64,000 nucleotides of DNA from Nocardiopsis listeri (lineage in GTDB: Bacteria > Actinomycetota > Actinomycetes > Streptosporangiales > Streptosporangiaceae), in contig NZ_DYZD01000060.1 of NCBI RefSeq assembly GCF_020741345.1, positions 78-64,077 on the forward strand. Reading direction: 5' to 3'. Positions 45,306 to 54,179 of this stretch are shown one piece after another (within the stretch, counting starts at the first letter, position 1; every line of letters begins with the position of its first letter). Under the pieces are notes generated by a model. That model did not search any database. It had not been told where the DNA came from and saw nothing but the letters and a program-made list of their open reading frames with translations. The translations under genes and the position numbers were made by a program.

Positions 45306-46541
45306 TCAAGCGGTCAGGGCCGCGGCCCGCGCGCGGTGACGGCGTTGGAAACGACGTCCCGACCAGCGCACCAGCCTCAGGTACAGGTCGGGCCGGGCCT
45401 GTCCACCACGCAATCCGCCGTAGGCGCCGGCCACGATGAACTCCTTGTACAGGGCGGCCGTGCGGCCGGTGAGCACGAAGCCCGTGGGGGTGTCGTCGCC
45501 GCGCACGAACTGGACGAGTCCGTCGCGTCGGCCCAGACTCACGCACTGGAACAGGTAGCCGAAGCCCGGCCCTTGGTGGGTCCGCCCGGTACCGCGGGCG
45601 ACGCTCCCACCGAGGGCGTCGGCGATCGTGTCGGCGGCGCTCCACCCCATGGGCAGACCCATCGCGCAGGACATGCGCAGTTCCCGGCCGTCCACCGCCC
45701 GGGCGTGCGCGGCGTCGCCCACCACGAGGATCTCCGGGTGGGACACCGAGCGTTGGTCCGCGTCCACCAGGGCGCGTCCGGCCTCGTCGACGCTCGGCCC
45801 GGCCGTCGTCAGGGGGCCGCAGACATCGAAACCGGTGTTCCACACCACCACGTCGGCGTCCACACGACCACCGTCGGCCAGGTCGAGCCCGGCGGTGTCC
45901 ACTTCGATCACCCCGGTGTGTTCTCGTACGGTCACCCCGAGACGGTCCAGGACCCGGCGCAGGTGGGCGCGACCGCGGTCACCGACCCCGGTGCCGATCC
46001 GCCCCCTGGTGATGAGTTCGACCCGCAGGTCGGGGTGGTTCTCTGCGAATTCGGTGGCCACTTCCACACCTGTCAGACCGCCGCCGACCACGGCCAGGGT
46101 GCGCGGTGGGTTCCGGCGGACGTGGTCGGCCAGTCGGCGGGCCGCGGTGAGCGAGGCGGTGTTGTACGTGTGTTCGGCGGCCCCGGGTACGGGCGCGGGC
46201 GCGGCGTCACTGCCCAGGGCGTAGACGAGCGTGTCGTAGCGCAGCTCGCGCCGTTCCCCTTCGGTGTGGACTTCGACGGTTCGAGCGTCGGCGTCCAGAT
46301 TCCGGACCCTGCCCAGGACCAGGTCGATCCCGGTGCCGTCGAGGGATTCGGTGAGGGGGTGGACCCCCACCTCCCGACCGGCGGCGACCTGGTGCAGGCG
46401 GACGCGTTCGACGAAGTCGGGGACGGCGTTGACCAGGGTGACGCGCAGGTCGAGGGAGCGTTCGCGGGCGTGGTGGGCGGCGCGTCCGGCGGCGGCGAGT
46501 CCGGAGTAGCCGGCGCCGAGCACCAGCAGTTCGTGTGCCAT
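45306..46541 (-). CDS. NAD(P)/FAD-dependent oxidoreductase (NDH-2-like, 411 aa)
   Basis: VLGAGYSG, FVERVRLHQ, YDTLVYALGS, VVGGGLTGVE, VVGDAA, RMSCA, CVSLGR. Confidence 0.9.
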   Translation of the reverse strand: MAHELLVLGAGYSGLAAAGRAAHHARERSLDLRVTLVNAVPDFVERVRLHQVAAGREVGVHPLTESLDGTGIDLVLGRVRNLDADARTVEVHTEGERRELRYDTLVYALGSDAAPAPVPGAAEHTYNTASLTAARRLADHVRRNPPRTLAVVGGGLTGVEVATEFAENHPDLRVELITRGRIGTGVGDRGRAHLRRVLDRLGVTVREHTGVIEVDTAGLDLADGGRVDADVVVWNTGFDVCGPLTTAGPSVDEAGRALVDADQRSVSHPEILVVGDAAHARAVDGRELRMSCAMGLPMGWSAADTIADALGGSVARGTGRTHQGPGFGYLFQCVSLGRRDGLVQFVRGDDTPTGFVLTGRTAALYKEFIVAGAYGGLRGGQARPDLYLRLVRWSGRRFQRRHRARAAALTA

Positions 46542-46581
46542 GGGATCCTCCTCGGCTTGGAGAGCTGGTTTCCATCCACAT

Positions 46582-46609
46582 GACGAGACGGGCACCGGCG
46601 GGCGTGACA
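46582..46609 (-). promoter_or_regulatory. Candidate ECF41/SigJ-type promoter
   Basis: Minus strand TGTCACG-N17-CGTC about 40 bp upstream of the ATG; reported ECF41 consensus is TGTCACA-N16-CGTC. Confidence 0.45.
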
Positions 46610-46798
46610 TCATGCCGAGTGGCCCTGATCACCAACGACGCGAGAAGCCCGAGGTGGCAGGGGTTGTCGCATTCAGACCACACGCCCCGACATGGACACC
46701 GGCCCCCACATGCCCACATGGTGAGACAAATGTTCCACATAGTGTCCACGGGGACTAATATCCAGCCATCAACCCGCACTGACCTGGAAAGAAGTCAC

Positions 46799-48160
46799 AT
46801 GACGGACGTCTCCGCAGGGAAACCGTCGCCGCAACGGCCACCGGCCGAGTCGGCGCAACCCCCGACCAACCCCAAGCGGAAGGTCCTCACGGCGAGCCTC
46901 GTGGGCACGTCCATCGAGTTCTACGACTTCTACGTCTACGCGACCGCCGCGGTCCTGGTCTTTCCCTACCTGTTCTTCCCCGAGGGCGACATGATGGCGG
47001 CCCGCCTGCAGTCGCTGGCGACCTTCGCCATCGCCTTCGTGGCCCGCCCCATCGGCTCCTGGCTCTTCGGGCACTTCGGCGACCGCATCGGCCGCAAGAC
47101 CACCCTCGTGGCCTCCCTGCTGACCATGGGCATCGCGACCGTGGCGATCGGCCTGCTGCCCACCTACGCACAGATCGGTGTGGCCGCGCCCCTGCTGCTG
47201 GCGCTGTGCCGATTCGGTCAGGGGCTGGGACTGGGCGGAGAGTGGGGCGGTGCGGCGCTGTTGGCCACCGAGAACGCCCCCGCCGGCAAACGCGGCTTCT
47301 ACGGCACGTTCCCCCAGATGGGCGCGCCGATCGGGTTCTTCCTGGCCAACGGGGTCTTCCTCATCCTGAGCCAGACCATGAGCGACGAGACGTTCCTGGC
47401 CTACGGCTGGCGGATCCCCTTCCTGATCTCCACCGTGCTGATCGTCATCGGCCTGTGGGTGCGCCTGACCCTGCACGAGACCCCGGCCTTCGCCAAGATC
47501 GTCGCCTCCGGTGAGCGCGTCAAGACCCCCATCGTCGAGGTGTTCCGCAGCAACTGGCCGGCCGTTGTCATCGGAACGCTGATCATGCTGGCCACCTACG
47601 TGTTGTTCTACCTGATGACGGTGTTCTCGCTGGGCTTCGGCACCGACCCGGACACCGGCCTGGGATACGAGCGTTCGCAGTTCCTGGTGTTCCTGCTCAT
47701 CGGTGTGGTGTTCTTCGGGATCTTCACCCCGATCTCGGGTCTGCTGGCCGACCGCTTCGGCCGCAAGCCCACCCTGGTCACGGTCACCGTCGCCATCATC
47801 GCGTTCGGCTTCGCCATGGGCCCGCTGCTGGGCGGTGGTGGCACCTTCGGCGTGATGGCCTTCCTGATCATCGGGCTGTCCCTGATGGGTCTGACCTTCG
47901 GCCCCATGGCCGCGGTCCTGCCCGAGCTGTTCCCGACCAAGGTGCGCTACACCGGCGCCTCGGCCGCCTACAATCTGGCCAGCCTGCTGGGCGCCTCCTT
48001 CGCGCCCTACATCGCGACCTGGCTGGCCGGCACCTTCGGTCTGGCGTGGGTCGGCGGTTACCTGGTCCTGGTCGGGTGCATCACGCTGGGCGCCCTGCTG
48101 GTCGGCAAGGAGACCAGCGACGCCGACCTGGACGAGATCTCCGCGAAGGTCACCCGGTAG
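46799..48160 (+). CDS. MFS transporter, metabolite:H+ symporter (ShiA/YhjE-like, 453 aa)
   Basis: ASLVGTSIEFYDFYVY, FVARPIG, GHFGDRIGRK, QGLGLGGEWGGA, ETPAF, LPELFPTKVRYTG. Confidence 0.93.
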   Translation: MTDVSAGKPSPQRPPAESAQPPTNPKRKVLTASLVGTSIEFYDFYVYATAAVLVFPYLFFPEGDMMAARLQSLATFAIAFVARPIGSWLFGHFGDRIGRKTTLVASLLTMGIATVAIGLLPTYAQIGVAAPLLLALCRFGQGLGLGGEWGGAALLATENAPAGKRGFYGTFPQMGAPIGFFLANGVFLILSQTMSDETFLAYGWRIPFLISTVLIVIGLWVRLTLHETPAFAKIVASGERVKTPIVEVFRSNWPAVVIGTLIMLATYVLFYLMTVFSLGFGTDPDTGLGYERSQFLVFLLIGVVFFGIFTPISGLLADRFGRKPTLVTVTVAIIAFGFAMGPLLGGGGTFGVMAFLIIGLSLMGLTFGPMAAVLPELFPTKVRYTGASAAYNLASLLGASFAPYIATWLAGTFGLAWVGGYLVLVGCITLGALLVGKETSDADLDEISAKVTR

Positions 48161-48191
48161 GCCCTCGAAGACCCCCACTCCCCCACCCCTC

Positions 48192-48228
48192 AGCGGGCCG
48201 GGCGGCGTCGCCGCCCGGCCCGCTTCTT
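48192..48228 (+). terminator. Rho-independent terminator
   Basis: 15-bp stem AGCGGGCCGGGCGGC/GCCGCCCGGCCCGCT followed by TCTT. Confidence 0.7.
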
Positions 48229-48362
48229 CGTGGCTCAGGTTCGGGCGGGCCCCTTGAAACACCCGGTTCGGCGGGCCCCGCGTCCCCGAGTACCGTTCCG
48301 TCAACGGTGGTCGACTCCCGAGCGTCCAACCCACGACCCATCCGCCCCGTCGGAAGAGCCCG

Positions 48363-49709
48363 ATGAAGTACCGAACCCCCCTCCCTCCACTGCTGACCTT
48401 CCTCCTGCTCGCCGTCGTCGGTTGCGGCAACACCATCACCGACCTGTCCGAGGCCGCCCCCACCCGGAGCGAGGACGGACCCGCCATCGACGACACCGGC
48501 GGACTTCCCGTCCTGCCCGTCCACGGATACCGGGGTGGTGGTTTCGCCGGCGAACCGTACGTCGGGGTCCTGCTCGGAGGTGAGGGCGGCCTCGACCCCG
48601 AACGCTCGGTGGTCCTCACCCGCTCCGAGCTGGGACTGTCCGAGGAGCAGGAACACCTACTGGTCATGGACAGCGGCGACCTGGACGGCGATGGCCACAC
48701 CGACCTCATCGTCGACGCCCAGGACGGCGGTCACGTCGTCTGGGGCGGCCCGGAGGGCCCCGTCGGCCCCGCGGTCCCCCTGCCCTGGCTCTCGGTGGAC
48801 CACCCCTCGGGCATGAGCGCGATCTCCCTGGCCGTGGGCGACATGAACGGCGACGGCGAAACCGACGTCGCGGTCCTGGACGGCCTCATGGGCTCCTCCA
48901 TGTACGAGTGGGAGAGCGCCTTCCACCTCGGCCCCTTCGACCGTGAGGGCGTACCCGCCGCCACCGACGACCTGCCGCTGCCCGAAGACGCCCACGACGC
49001 GACGATCAGGGCGTTCGACGCCGACGGCGACACCTACGAGGACCTGCTGCTGGTCCGCGGCTCCGACGAGTCGCCCGTACGACACGTGGTGCTGCGTTCG
49101 GGCCCGGACGGCCCCGCACAGGAGATCGTGGGCGACACCGCGCCAGGGCATGAACACGTGCCCGCCGACGTCGACGGCGACGGCGTGAGCGACCTGCTCG
49201 TCGGGGTGAGCGGGATCCCCAACAACGAGCCCGGCCACGACCACGAACCGCGCTCCGGGTACGTGGACGCCTACCTCGGTGACCAGGGATACCTGGACGC
49301 CGACCCGGTACGCATCGACCGTGACACCGAGGGTGTGCCCGGCACGGCCGAGGACGGCGACGGGTTCGGCAACGGGTTGCTGGTGGGCGACGTCGACGGC
49401 GACGGTGTCGACGACGTGGTCGCCATGACCGGACCGTTCTTCGGCCACTCGGAGGCCACCCTGCTCCGAGGCGGGGCCGAGGGGCCGACCGGTGAGGGCG
49501 CGCTCACCGTACGGGTGCCCTCCTCGGACCTGGGAAACCTGCGCCACCACACCTTGGCCGACTACGACGGTGACGGGCACGCCGACCTGGTACTGAGCAC
49601 CGCCGAGCCGTCCATCTATCGTGAGGCCGACGCGTACGCGGTGTTCCTGGGCGGCCCCGACGGATTCGCCGCCGAACCGGACACGGTCTTCACCAACGAG
49701 GGGCTTTGA
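48363..49709 (+). CDS. FG-GAP/VCBS-repeat lipoprotein (predicted Ca-binding beta-propeller)
   Basis: Lipobox LAVVGC; six DxDGD-type repeats (GDLDGDG, GDMNGDG, FDADGD, ADVDGDG, GDVDGDG, ADYDGDG). Confidence 0.85.
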   Translation: MKYRTPLPPLLTFLLLAVVGCGNTITDLSEAAPTRSEDGPAIDDTGGLPVLPVHGYRGGGFAGEPYVGVLLGGEGGLDPERSVVLTRSELGLSEEQEHLLVMDSGDLDGDGHTDLIVDAQDGGHVVWGGPEGPVGPAVPLPWLSVDHPSGMSAISLAVGDMNGDGETDVAVLDGLMGSSMYEWESAFHLGPFDREGVPAATDDLPLPEDAHDATIRAFDADGDTYEDLLLVRGSDESPVRHVVLRSGPDGPAQEIVGDTAPGHEHVPADVDGDGVSDLLVGVSGIPNNEPGHDHEPRSGYVDAYLGDQGYLDADPVRIDRDTEGVPGTAEDGDGFGNGLLVGDVDGDGVDDVVAMTGPFFGHSEATLLRGGAEGPTGEGALTVRVPSSDLGNLRHHTLADYDGDGHADLVLSTAEPSIYREADAYAVFLGGPDGFAAEPDTVFTNEGL

Positions 49710-49764
49710 AGCGAGCGGGCGCACCGGCGCGGGGCCGGTGCCCCGAGGGCTCGGGCCGGTTCGG

Positions 49765-50365
49765 GCTGTGGCCGGGTGGCTGATCCTCAACGGCGGCTCT
49801 GACGCCCCGATCACCACCGCCAAGCGTCGGATCGGCAGGCTCCTGACCGGCGCGATGCACCACATCCAGGGCCCGGAGGAGGGCGGTCTCGCGCCGCTGA
49901 TCAAGCACGCCCATGACGACCAGTGGTACGAGGTCGTGGTCATGGCCGCCGGGCACGCCCCCGTCCAGCGCGAGGAACCGGTCACCGGACTACTGGAACG
50001 CGTGAGTACGTGGACCAGGTTCGGTGTACCTGACCGATCTGGCCGGGGCGACCGACCCCACCGTCGAGGTCGCCGGATCCTGGCGCCGTGAGGTCATCGG
50101 GGCCGAGACTCTCGGTCCCGGTTCTCGAGTGGTTCACGAACGTCCACCCGAATTGTTCAGAAATTCTCAATGGAAGAGGCCACAACCGTCTCGGCAGGGT
50201 CGGGCCAACGGTCGACGGAGCACTGTCCGGGCGGGGTTCGTGGAGACGGGCAACGCGGCCGATACCACTGTGAACGATGGCCTGAAGACCCCTTTGCGGA
50301 AGGGCCTTCGGCACTTGCGCGCGACGGAGCGGCAGCTCCGGAAAGCGGCAGGTCAGGATGGGTGA
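49765..50365 (+). pseudogene. Degenerate remnant of an actinobacterial NACHT-domain NTPase (internal fragments only)
   Basis: AGWLILNGGSD...IGRLL...GLAPLIKHAHDDQWYEVVVMAAGHA...LLER resembles the post-NACHT region (AHDDQWEDVxRMAVxHA) recalled from Streptomyces-type NACHT proteins; a second frame gives DLAGATDPTV...REVIG. No start, no P-loop. Confidence 0.5.
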
Positions 50366-50464
50366 CTTGGCGCACGTCGTAGTTCGTGGGGGCGAGTCGA
50401 ACCCGTACAGATCGCCCATAGACTCGGTTGTGGAACCTCGGACAGCAGCCGGAAAAGAGTCCCC

Positions 50465-52237
50465 ATGAGCGAGACGGTCGGCGACCACTTCGATCCTCAC
50501 GAACACGACCGGCTGTCCCTGCCCCAGGTTCGGCTGGACGACCTGCTCGACGAGGTCCGGTCCCGGTTGACCGAGATCTCCCGCAAGCAGGAGCGCATCC
50601 ACACCCTCCTGGAAGCCGTCATCTCCATCGGTGAGGGTCTCGAACTGGACCCCCTCCTGCTACGAATCGCCGAGACCGCGACCCGGCTGGTCAACGCCCG
50701 CTACGGGGCTCTGGGCGTGATCGGCCCCGACGGGAACATGAGTCGCTTCATCCCGGTGGGCCTGGAACCCCACGAGATCTCCTGCATCGACCACTGGCCC
50801 AGGGGCGAGGGCATCCTCGGACTGCTCATCAAGGAACCCCAGCCGTTGCGGCTCAAAGAGGTGAGCGACCACCCCGAATCGCGTGGGTTCCCCGAAGGGC
50901 ACCCGCCGATGCACACCTTTTTGGGTGTGCCGATCCGCATCCGCGACAAGGTGTTCGGCAACCTCTACATGACCGACAAGCACGACGGCACGGAGTTCAC
51001 CGGCGACGACGAACTCCTGATGCGCGCCCTGGCGACGGCCGCCGGCACCGCGATCGAGAACGCCCAGCTGTTCGCCCAGACCCAGAGCCGTGAGACCTGG
51101 CTGGACGCCTCCGGGCAGATCACCACCCGGTTGCTGTCCGGGGCGGCGCCCGAGGAGGTACTGCGCCTGGTGGCGCGCCGGGCCCGGGTGATGGCGCACT
51201 CCGACATCGCGATCATCGCCATGCCCGGCGAGGACCCCGAGACCCTCACGGTGCGGGTGTGGGACGGTCCCGAGGACCAGTGCGAATCCCTGGCGGCGGG
51301 GGCGCGCGGGGCGACCCTGACCCGGGCCGAGGACACTTTGTTGGGCCGGGTCTACCTGAGCGGCACCCCGTTGCAGACGAACGTGTCCGAGTTCGAGCAC
51401 CTCGGGGTCGGTTTCCTCACCCGGATGGGGGTCGGCCCCGTGCTGGTGCTGCCGTTCGGTCCGCCCGACGGGGCCCGGGGCGTGCTGGTGTTGGCCCGTG
51501 ACCGCGGTCGGGAGGACTTCCAGGGCAGCTGGTTGAACATGCTGTCGTCGTTCGCGAACCAGGCGGCGGTCGCCCTGGAGTTGGCCGAGGCCCGTCTGGA
51601 CTCGGAACGGTTGAGCGTGTTGGAGGACCGGGACCGGATCGCCCGCGACCTGCACGACACGGTCATCCAACGGCTGTACGCCACCGCCATCACGTTGATG
51701 GGCACGGTGCGGCGGATCGACGACGCGACCTCCGCCAAACGGGTGCAGGGCGCGGTGGACGACCTGGACGACACCATCCGACAGATCCGGTCGACCATCT
51801 TCGCCCTGCAGAGTTCGGCCGAGGACGACTCCTCGTGGTTGCGCTCCCGGGTACTGGAGTTGGTCAACACCGCCGCGGAGACGTTGGGCTTCGCGCCCAG
51901 ACTGCTCACCCAGGGGCCGGTGGACAACGCCGTGGACGAACGGGTGGGCGAGCACCTGGTTCCGGTGCTGCGTGAGCTGCTGTCCAACGTGGCCCGGCAC
52001 TCGGGGGCGACCACGGTGGACGTGGAGCTGTCGGTGGACAACGGTGAGGTGGTGTTGCGGGTCTCCGACAACGGCCGTGGCATCCCCGAGGGGTCGGCGC
52101 GCAGCGGTCTGCGCAACCTGGCCTCGCGCGCCGAGGAACTGGGCGGTGCGATGGCGGTGGCCTCCGGTCCCGGCGAGGGCACGGTGGTGGAGTGGTCCGC
52201 GCCCGTCCAGCGTGAGGAACAGACCCTGGGGGGTTGA
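50465..52237 (+). CDS. GAF-GAF sensor histidine kinase, DosS/DevS-like
   Basis: ARYGALGVI, GEGILG, GFPEGHPPMHTFLGVP (heme-ligand His position), RIARDLHDTVIQRL H-box, ELLSNVARHS, DNGRG, GLRNL. Confidence 0.92.
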   Translation: MSETVGDHFDPHEHDRLSLPQVRLDDLLDEVRSRLTEISRKQERIHTLLEAVISIGEGLELDPLLLRIAETATRLVNARYGALGVIGPDGNMSRFIPVGLEPHEISCIDHWPRGEGILGLLIKEPQPLRLKEVSDHPESRGFPEGHPPMHTFLGVPIRIRDKVFGNLYMTDKHDGTEFTGDDELLMRALATAAGTAIENAQLFAQTQSRETWLDASGQITTRLLSGAAPEEVLRLVARRARVMAHSDIAIIAMPGEDPETLTVRVWDGPEDQCESLAAGARGATLTRAEDTLLGRVYLSGTPLQTNVSEFEHLGVGFLTRMGVGPVLVLPFGPPDGARGVLVLARDRGREDFQGSWLNMLSSFANQAAVALELAEARLDSERLSVLEDRDRIARDLHDTVIQRLYATAITLMGTVRRIDDATSAKRVQGAVDDLDDTIRQIRSTIFALQSSAEDDSSWLRSRVLELVNTAAETLGFAPRLLTQGPVDNAVDERVGEHLVPVLRELLSNVARHSGATTVDVELSVDNGEVVLRVSDNGRGIPEGSARSGLRNLASRAEELGGAMAVASGPGEGTVVEWSAPVQREEQTLGG

Positions 52238-52294
52238 TCGGGTCCGGGGGCGGAGCCGACGCGTTCCCGGGCACCGACGCCTCGACGGCCCTGA

Positions 52295-52348
52295 GAACGA
52301 GAGGGAGCCGGGCCGCCCCTTTCGGGGTGGCCCGGCTCCCTCTCGTTC
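52295..52348. terminator. Long hairpin between convergent kinase and regulator genes
   Basis: 25-bp stem (one G-U) GAACGAGAGGGAGCCGGGCCGCCCC/GGGGTGGCCCGGCTCCCTCTCGTTC with TTTC loop. Confidence 0.8.
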
Positions 52349-52356
52349 CGCGCGGA

Positions 52357-53013
52357 TCAGGCGGTCTGGTCCATGGACAGGCGCACCGCGTAGGCGGCCG
52401 CCTGGGTACGGCGGGCCATGCCGAGCTTGGCCAGGACACGGGACACGTAGTTCTTCACGGTCTTCTCCGCCAGGTACATCCTGGCGCCGATCTCCCGGTT
52501 GGTGAGTCCCTCACCGATGAGCTCCAGGACACGGCGCTCCTGTTCGGTGAGCTCGCTGAGCGGGTCCTTGCGGCCGGCCTCGTCGCGCAGTCGCTTGAGC
52601 ATGCGCGCGGTCGACTCCGGGTCCAGCAGGGACCGCCCCTGGGCGACCGTGCGAACGGCGCCGACGAGGTCGGTTCCGTGGATCTGCTTGAGGATGTAGC
52701 CGGAGGCACCCGCCATGACCGCCCCGTAGAGGGCCTCATCGTCGGAGTAGGACGTGAGCATGAGCATGTGGGTGTCGGGGAGCATCGACCGGATCTCCCG
52801 GCAGACGGTGACACCGTCGCCATCGGGGAGTCGAACGTCGAGTACGACCACGTCGGGTCGGAGCGCGGGCACCCTGGCCAGGGCCTGCGCGGCGGTGCCG
52901 GCCTCGCCGACCACCTCGATGCCCTCCTCGTCGTCGAGGAGTGACCCCACGCCTCTCCGGACGATCTCGTGGTCGTCGACCAGGAACACCCGGATCGATC
53001 TGTCGCCGCCCAT
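52357..53013 (-). CDS. DosR/DevR-like NarL-family response regulator (218 aa)
   Basis: IRVFLVDDHEIVRRG, VVLDVRLPDG, LMLTSYSDDEAL, GASGYILK, LTEQERRVL..IGEGLTNREIG..MYLAEKTVKNYVS. Confidence 0.93.
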   Translation of the reverse strand: MGGDRSIRVFLVDDHEIVRRGVGSLLDDEEGIEVVGEAGTAAQALARVPALRPDVVVLDVRLPDGDGVTVCREIRSMLPDTHMLMLTSYSDDEALYGAVMAGASGYILKQIHGTDLVGAVRTVAQGRSLLDPESTARMLKRLRDEAGRKDPLSELTEQERRVLELIGEGLTNREIGARMYLAEKTVKNYVSRVLAKLGMARRTQAAAYAVRLSMDQTA

Positions 53014-53188
53014 CAGGTGCGCACCTCCATAGCACTGGTGACCCGAGGCGGCGGTGCCGCCTTGGGTTGTGGGCTTTTCACCGTCCGTTGTGGTGCACCG
53101 TCGGGCGGTTCCCAGCCGTGTGTTCGCCCTCGGCCCGAGAGCTCGGACCAGGCGTGACCACCCTATCCGGGGGCGTCCGTCACCAGAG

Positions 53189-53279
53189 GGGGCGAACGTC
53201 CCTTTCTGTTTGAGGCCTGTGTCCCGACGGGTAGTGCGCGAAGGAGGACCTTCGCCGTGGATCAGGGGGATCCCGGCCC
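53189..53279. promoter_or_regulatory. Cluster of candidate DosR/DevR boxes
   Basis: 14-bp cores: GGGGC-GAAC-GTCCC (53189), GAGGC-CTGT-GTCCC (53212), AGGAC-CTTC-GCCGT (53245), GGGGA-TCCC-GGCCC (53266). M. tuberculosis core is GGGAC-TWWA-GTCCC. Confidence 0.55.
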
Positions 53280-53354
53280 CTTTTCCGGTGTTCGTGGACA
53301 GGCGACGATGAAGAGGGCGGGTATATACGGAAGGCATCGGATTTCGGGGGGCTT

Positions 53355-53930
53355 GTGATGGTTGGAACAAGCGATGCCGGGGCGTCCGCGAGCGGGCGGG
53401 GTGGTTCGGTCACGGGACCCGGATCGCCACCGGAACAACGCACGGCGTCGGAGGAGTTCGCGGGCACCGAACGTCTGCAGGAGGGCGAGCGGCGGTCACT
53501 GGGCGCGGACCTGGCCACCGGAGGTCAGGTCTCGTTCACCACCCTGGAGCGTCAGACCTGCCTGAACCTGTTGGCCACACGGGACATCGGGCGGGTGGCC
53601 TTCACCATCGACGGGGACGCCGCACCGACGGTGCTGCCCGTCAACTACTCGCTGGTCAACGACACGATCGTGTTCCGCTCGACGTTGGCGGGCACCATCA
53701 TGCGTTACGCGCGCGGGTACGCGGCCTTCCAGGTCGACCACCTCGACGAGGAACGTCGTGAGGGGTGGAGCGTGCTGTGTTCGGGGCGTTGTCGTTGGGT
53801 TCGTGACGATGGGGAGCTGGAACGCATCCCGCAGGGCCGTATGCCGCAGCCATGGGCGGCCGGTCCGCGGGACCAGGTCCTGAAGATCGTCCCGGCCCGG
53901 ATCAGCGGTCGAGAGATCCACCGCTCCTGA
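53355..53930 (+). CDS. Pyridoxamine 5'-phosphate oxidase-like FMN-binding protein (Rv3129-type)
   Basis: CLNLLATRDIGRVAF, PTVLPVNY, IVFRS, AFQVD, GWSVL..G, PWAAGPRD, ISGR. Confidence 0.85.
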   Translation: MMVGTSDAGASASGRGGSVTGPGSPPEQRTASEEFAGTERLQEGERRSLGADLATGGQVSFTTLERQTCLNLLATRDIGRVAFTIDGDAAPTVLPVNYSLVNDTIVFRSTLAGTIMRYARGYAAFQVDHLDEERREGWSVLCSGRCRWVRDDGELERIPQGRMPQPWAAGPRDQVLKIVPARISGREIHRS

Positions 53931-54179
53931 TCCTCCGAACACGCACGTGGGCCGGGTGTCCGGTTCCGGACGGATCCGACCACCCGGCCTCTTTGTTCGT
54001 TCTGTCGGCTTTCCGGGTATCGATGGCGGCATGGGAGTGCAAAGCCGGTTCCCACCGCGGTGCGCCCCCCTGCCACGGGGGCGCGGCGCGGAGACCATGC
54101 CGGCATGTGCCATCGACCGGTTCGTTCCTCTTCGACCCCCGGCCCTCGCCGCCGCCCCACCGTGCCCGGGGCCGTCGTG

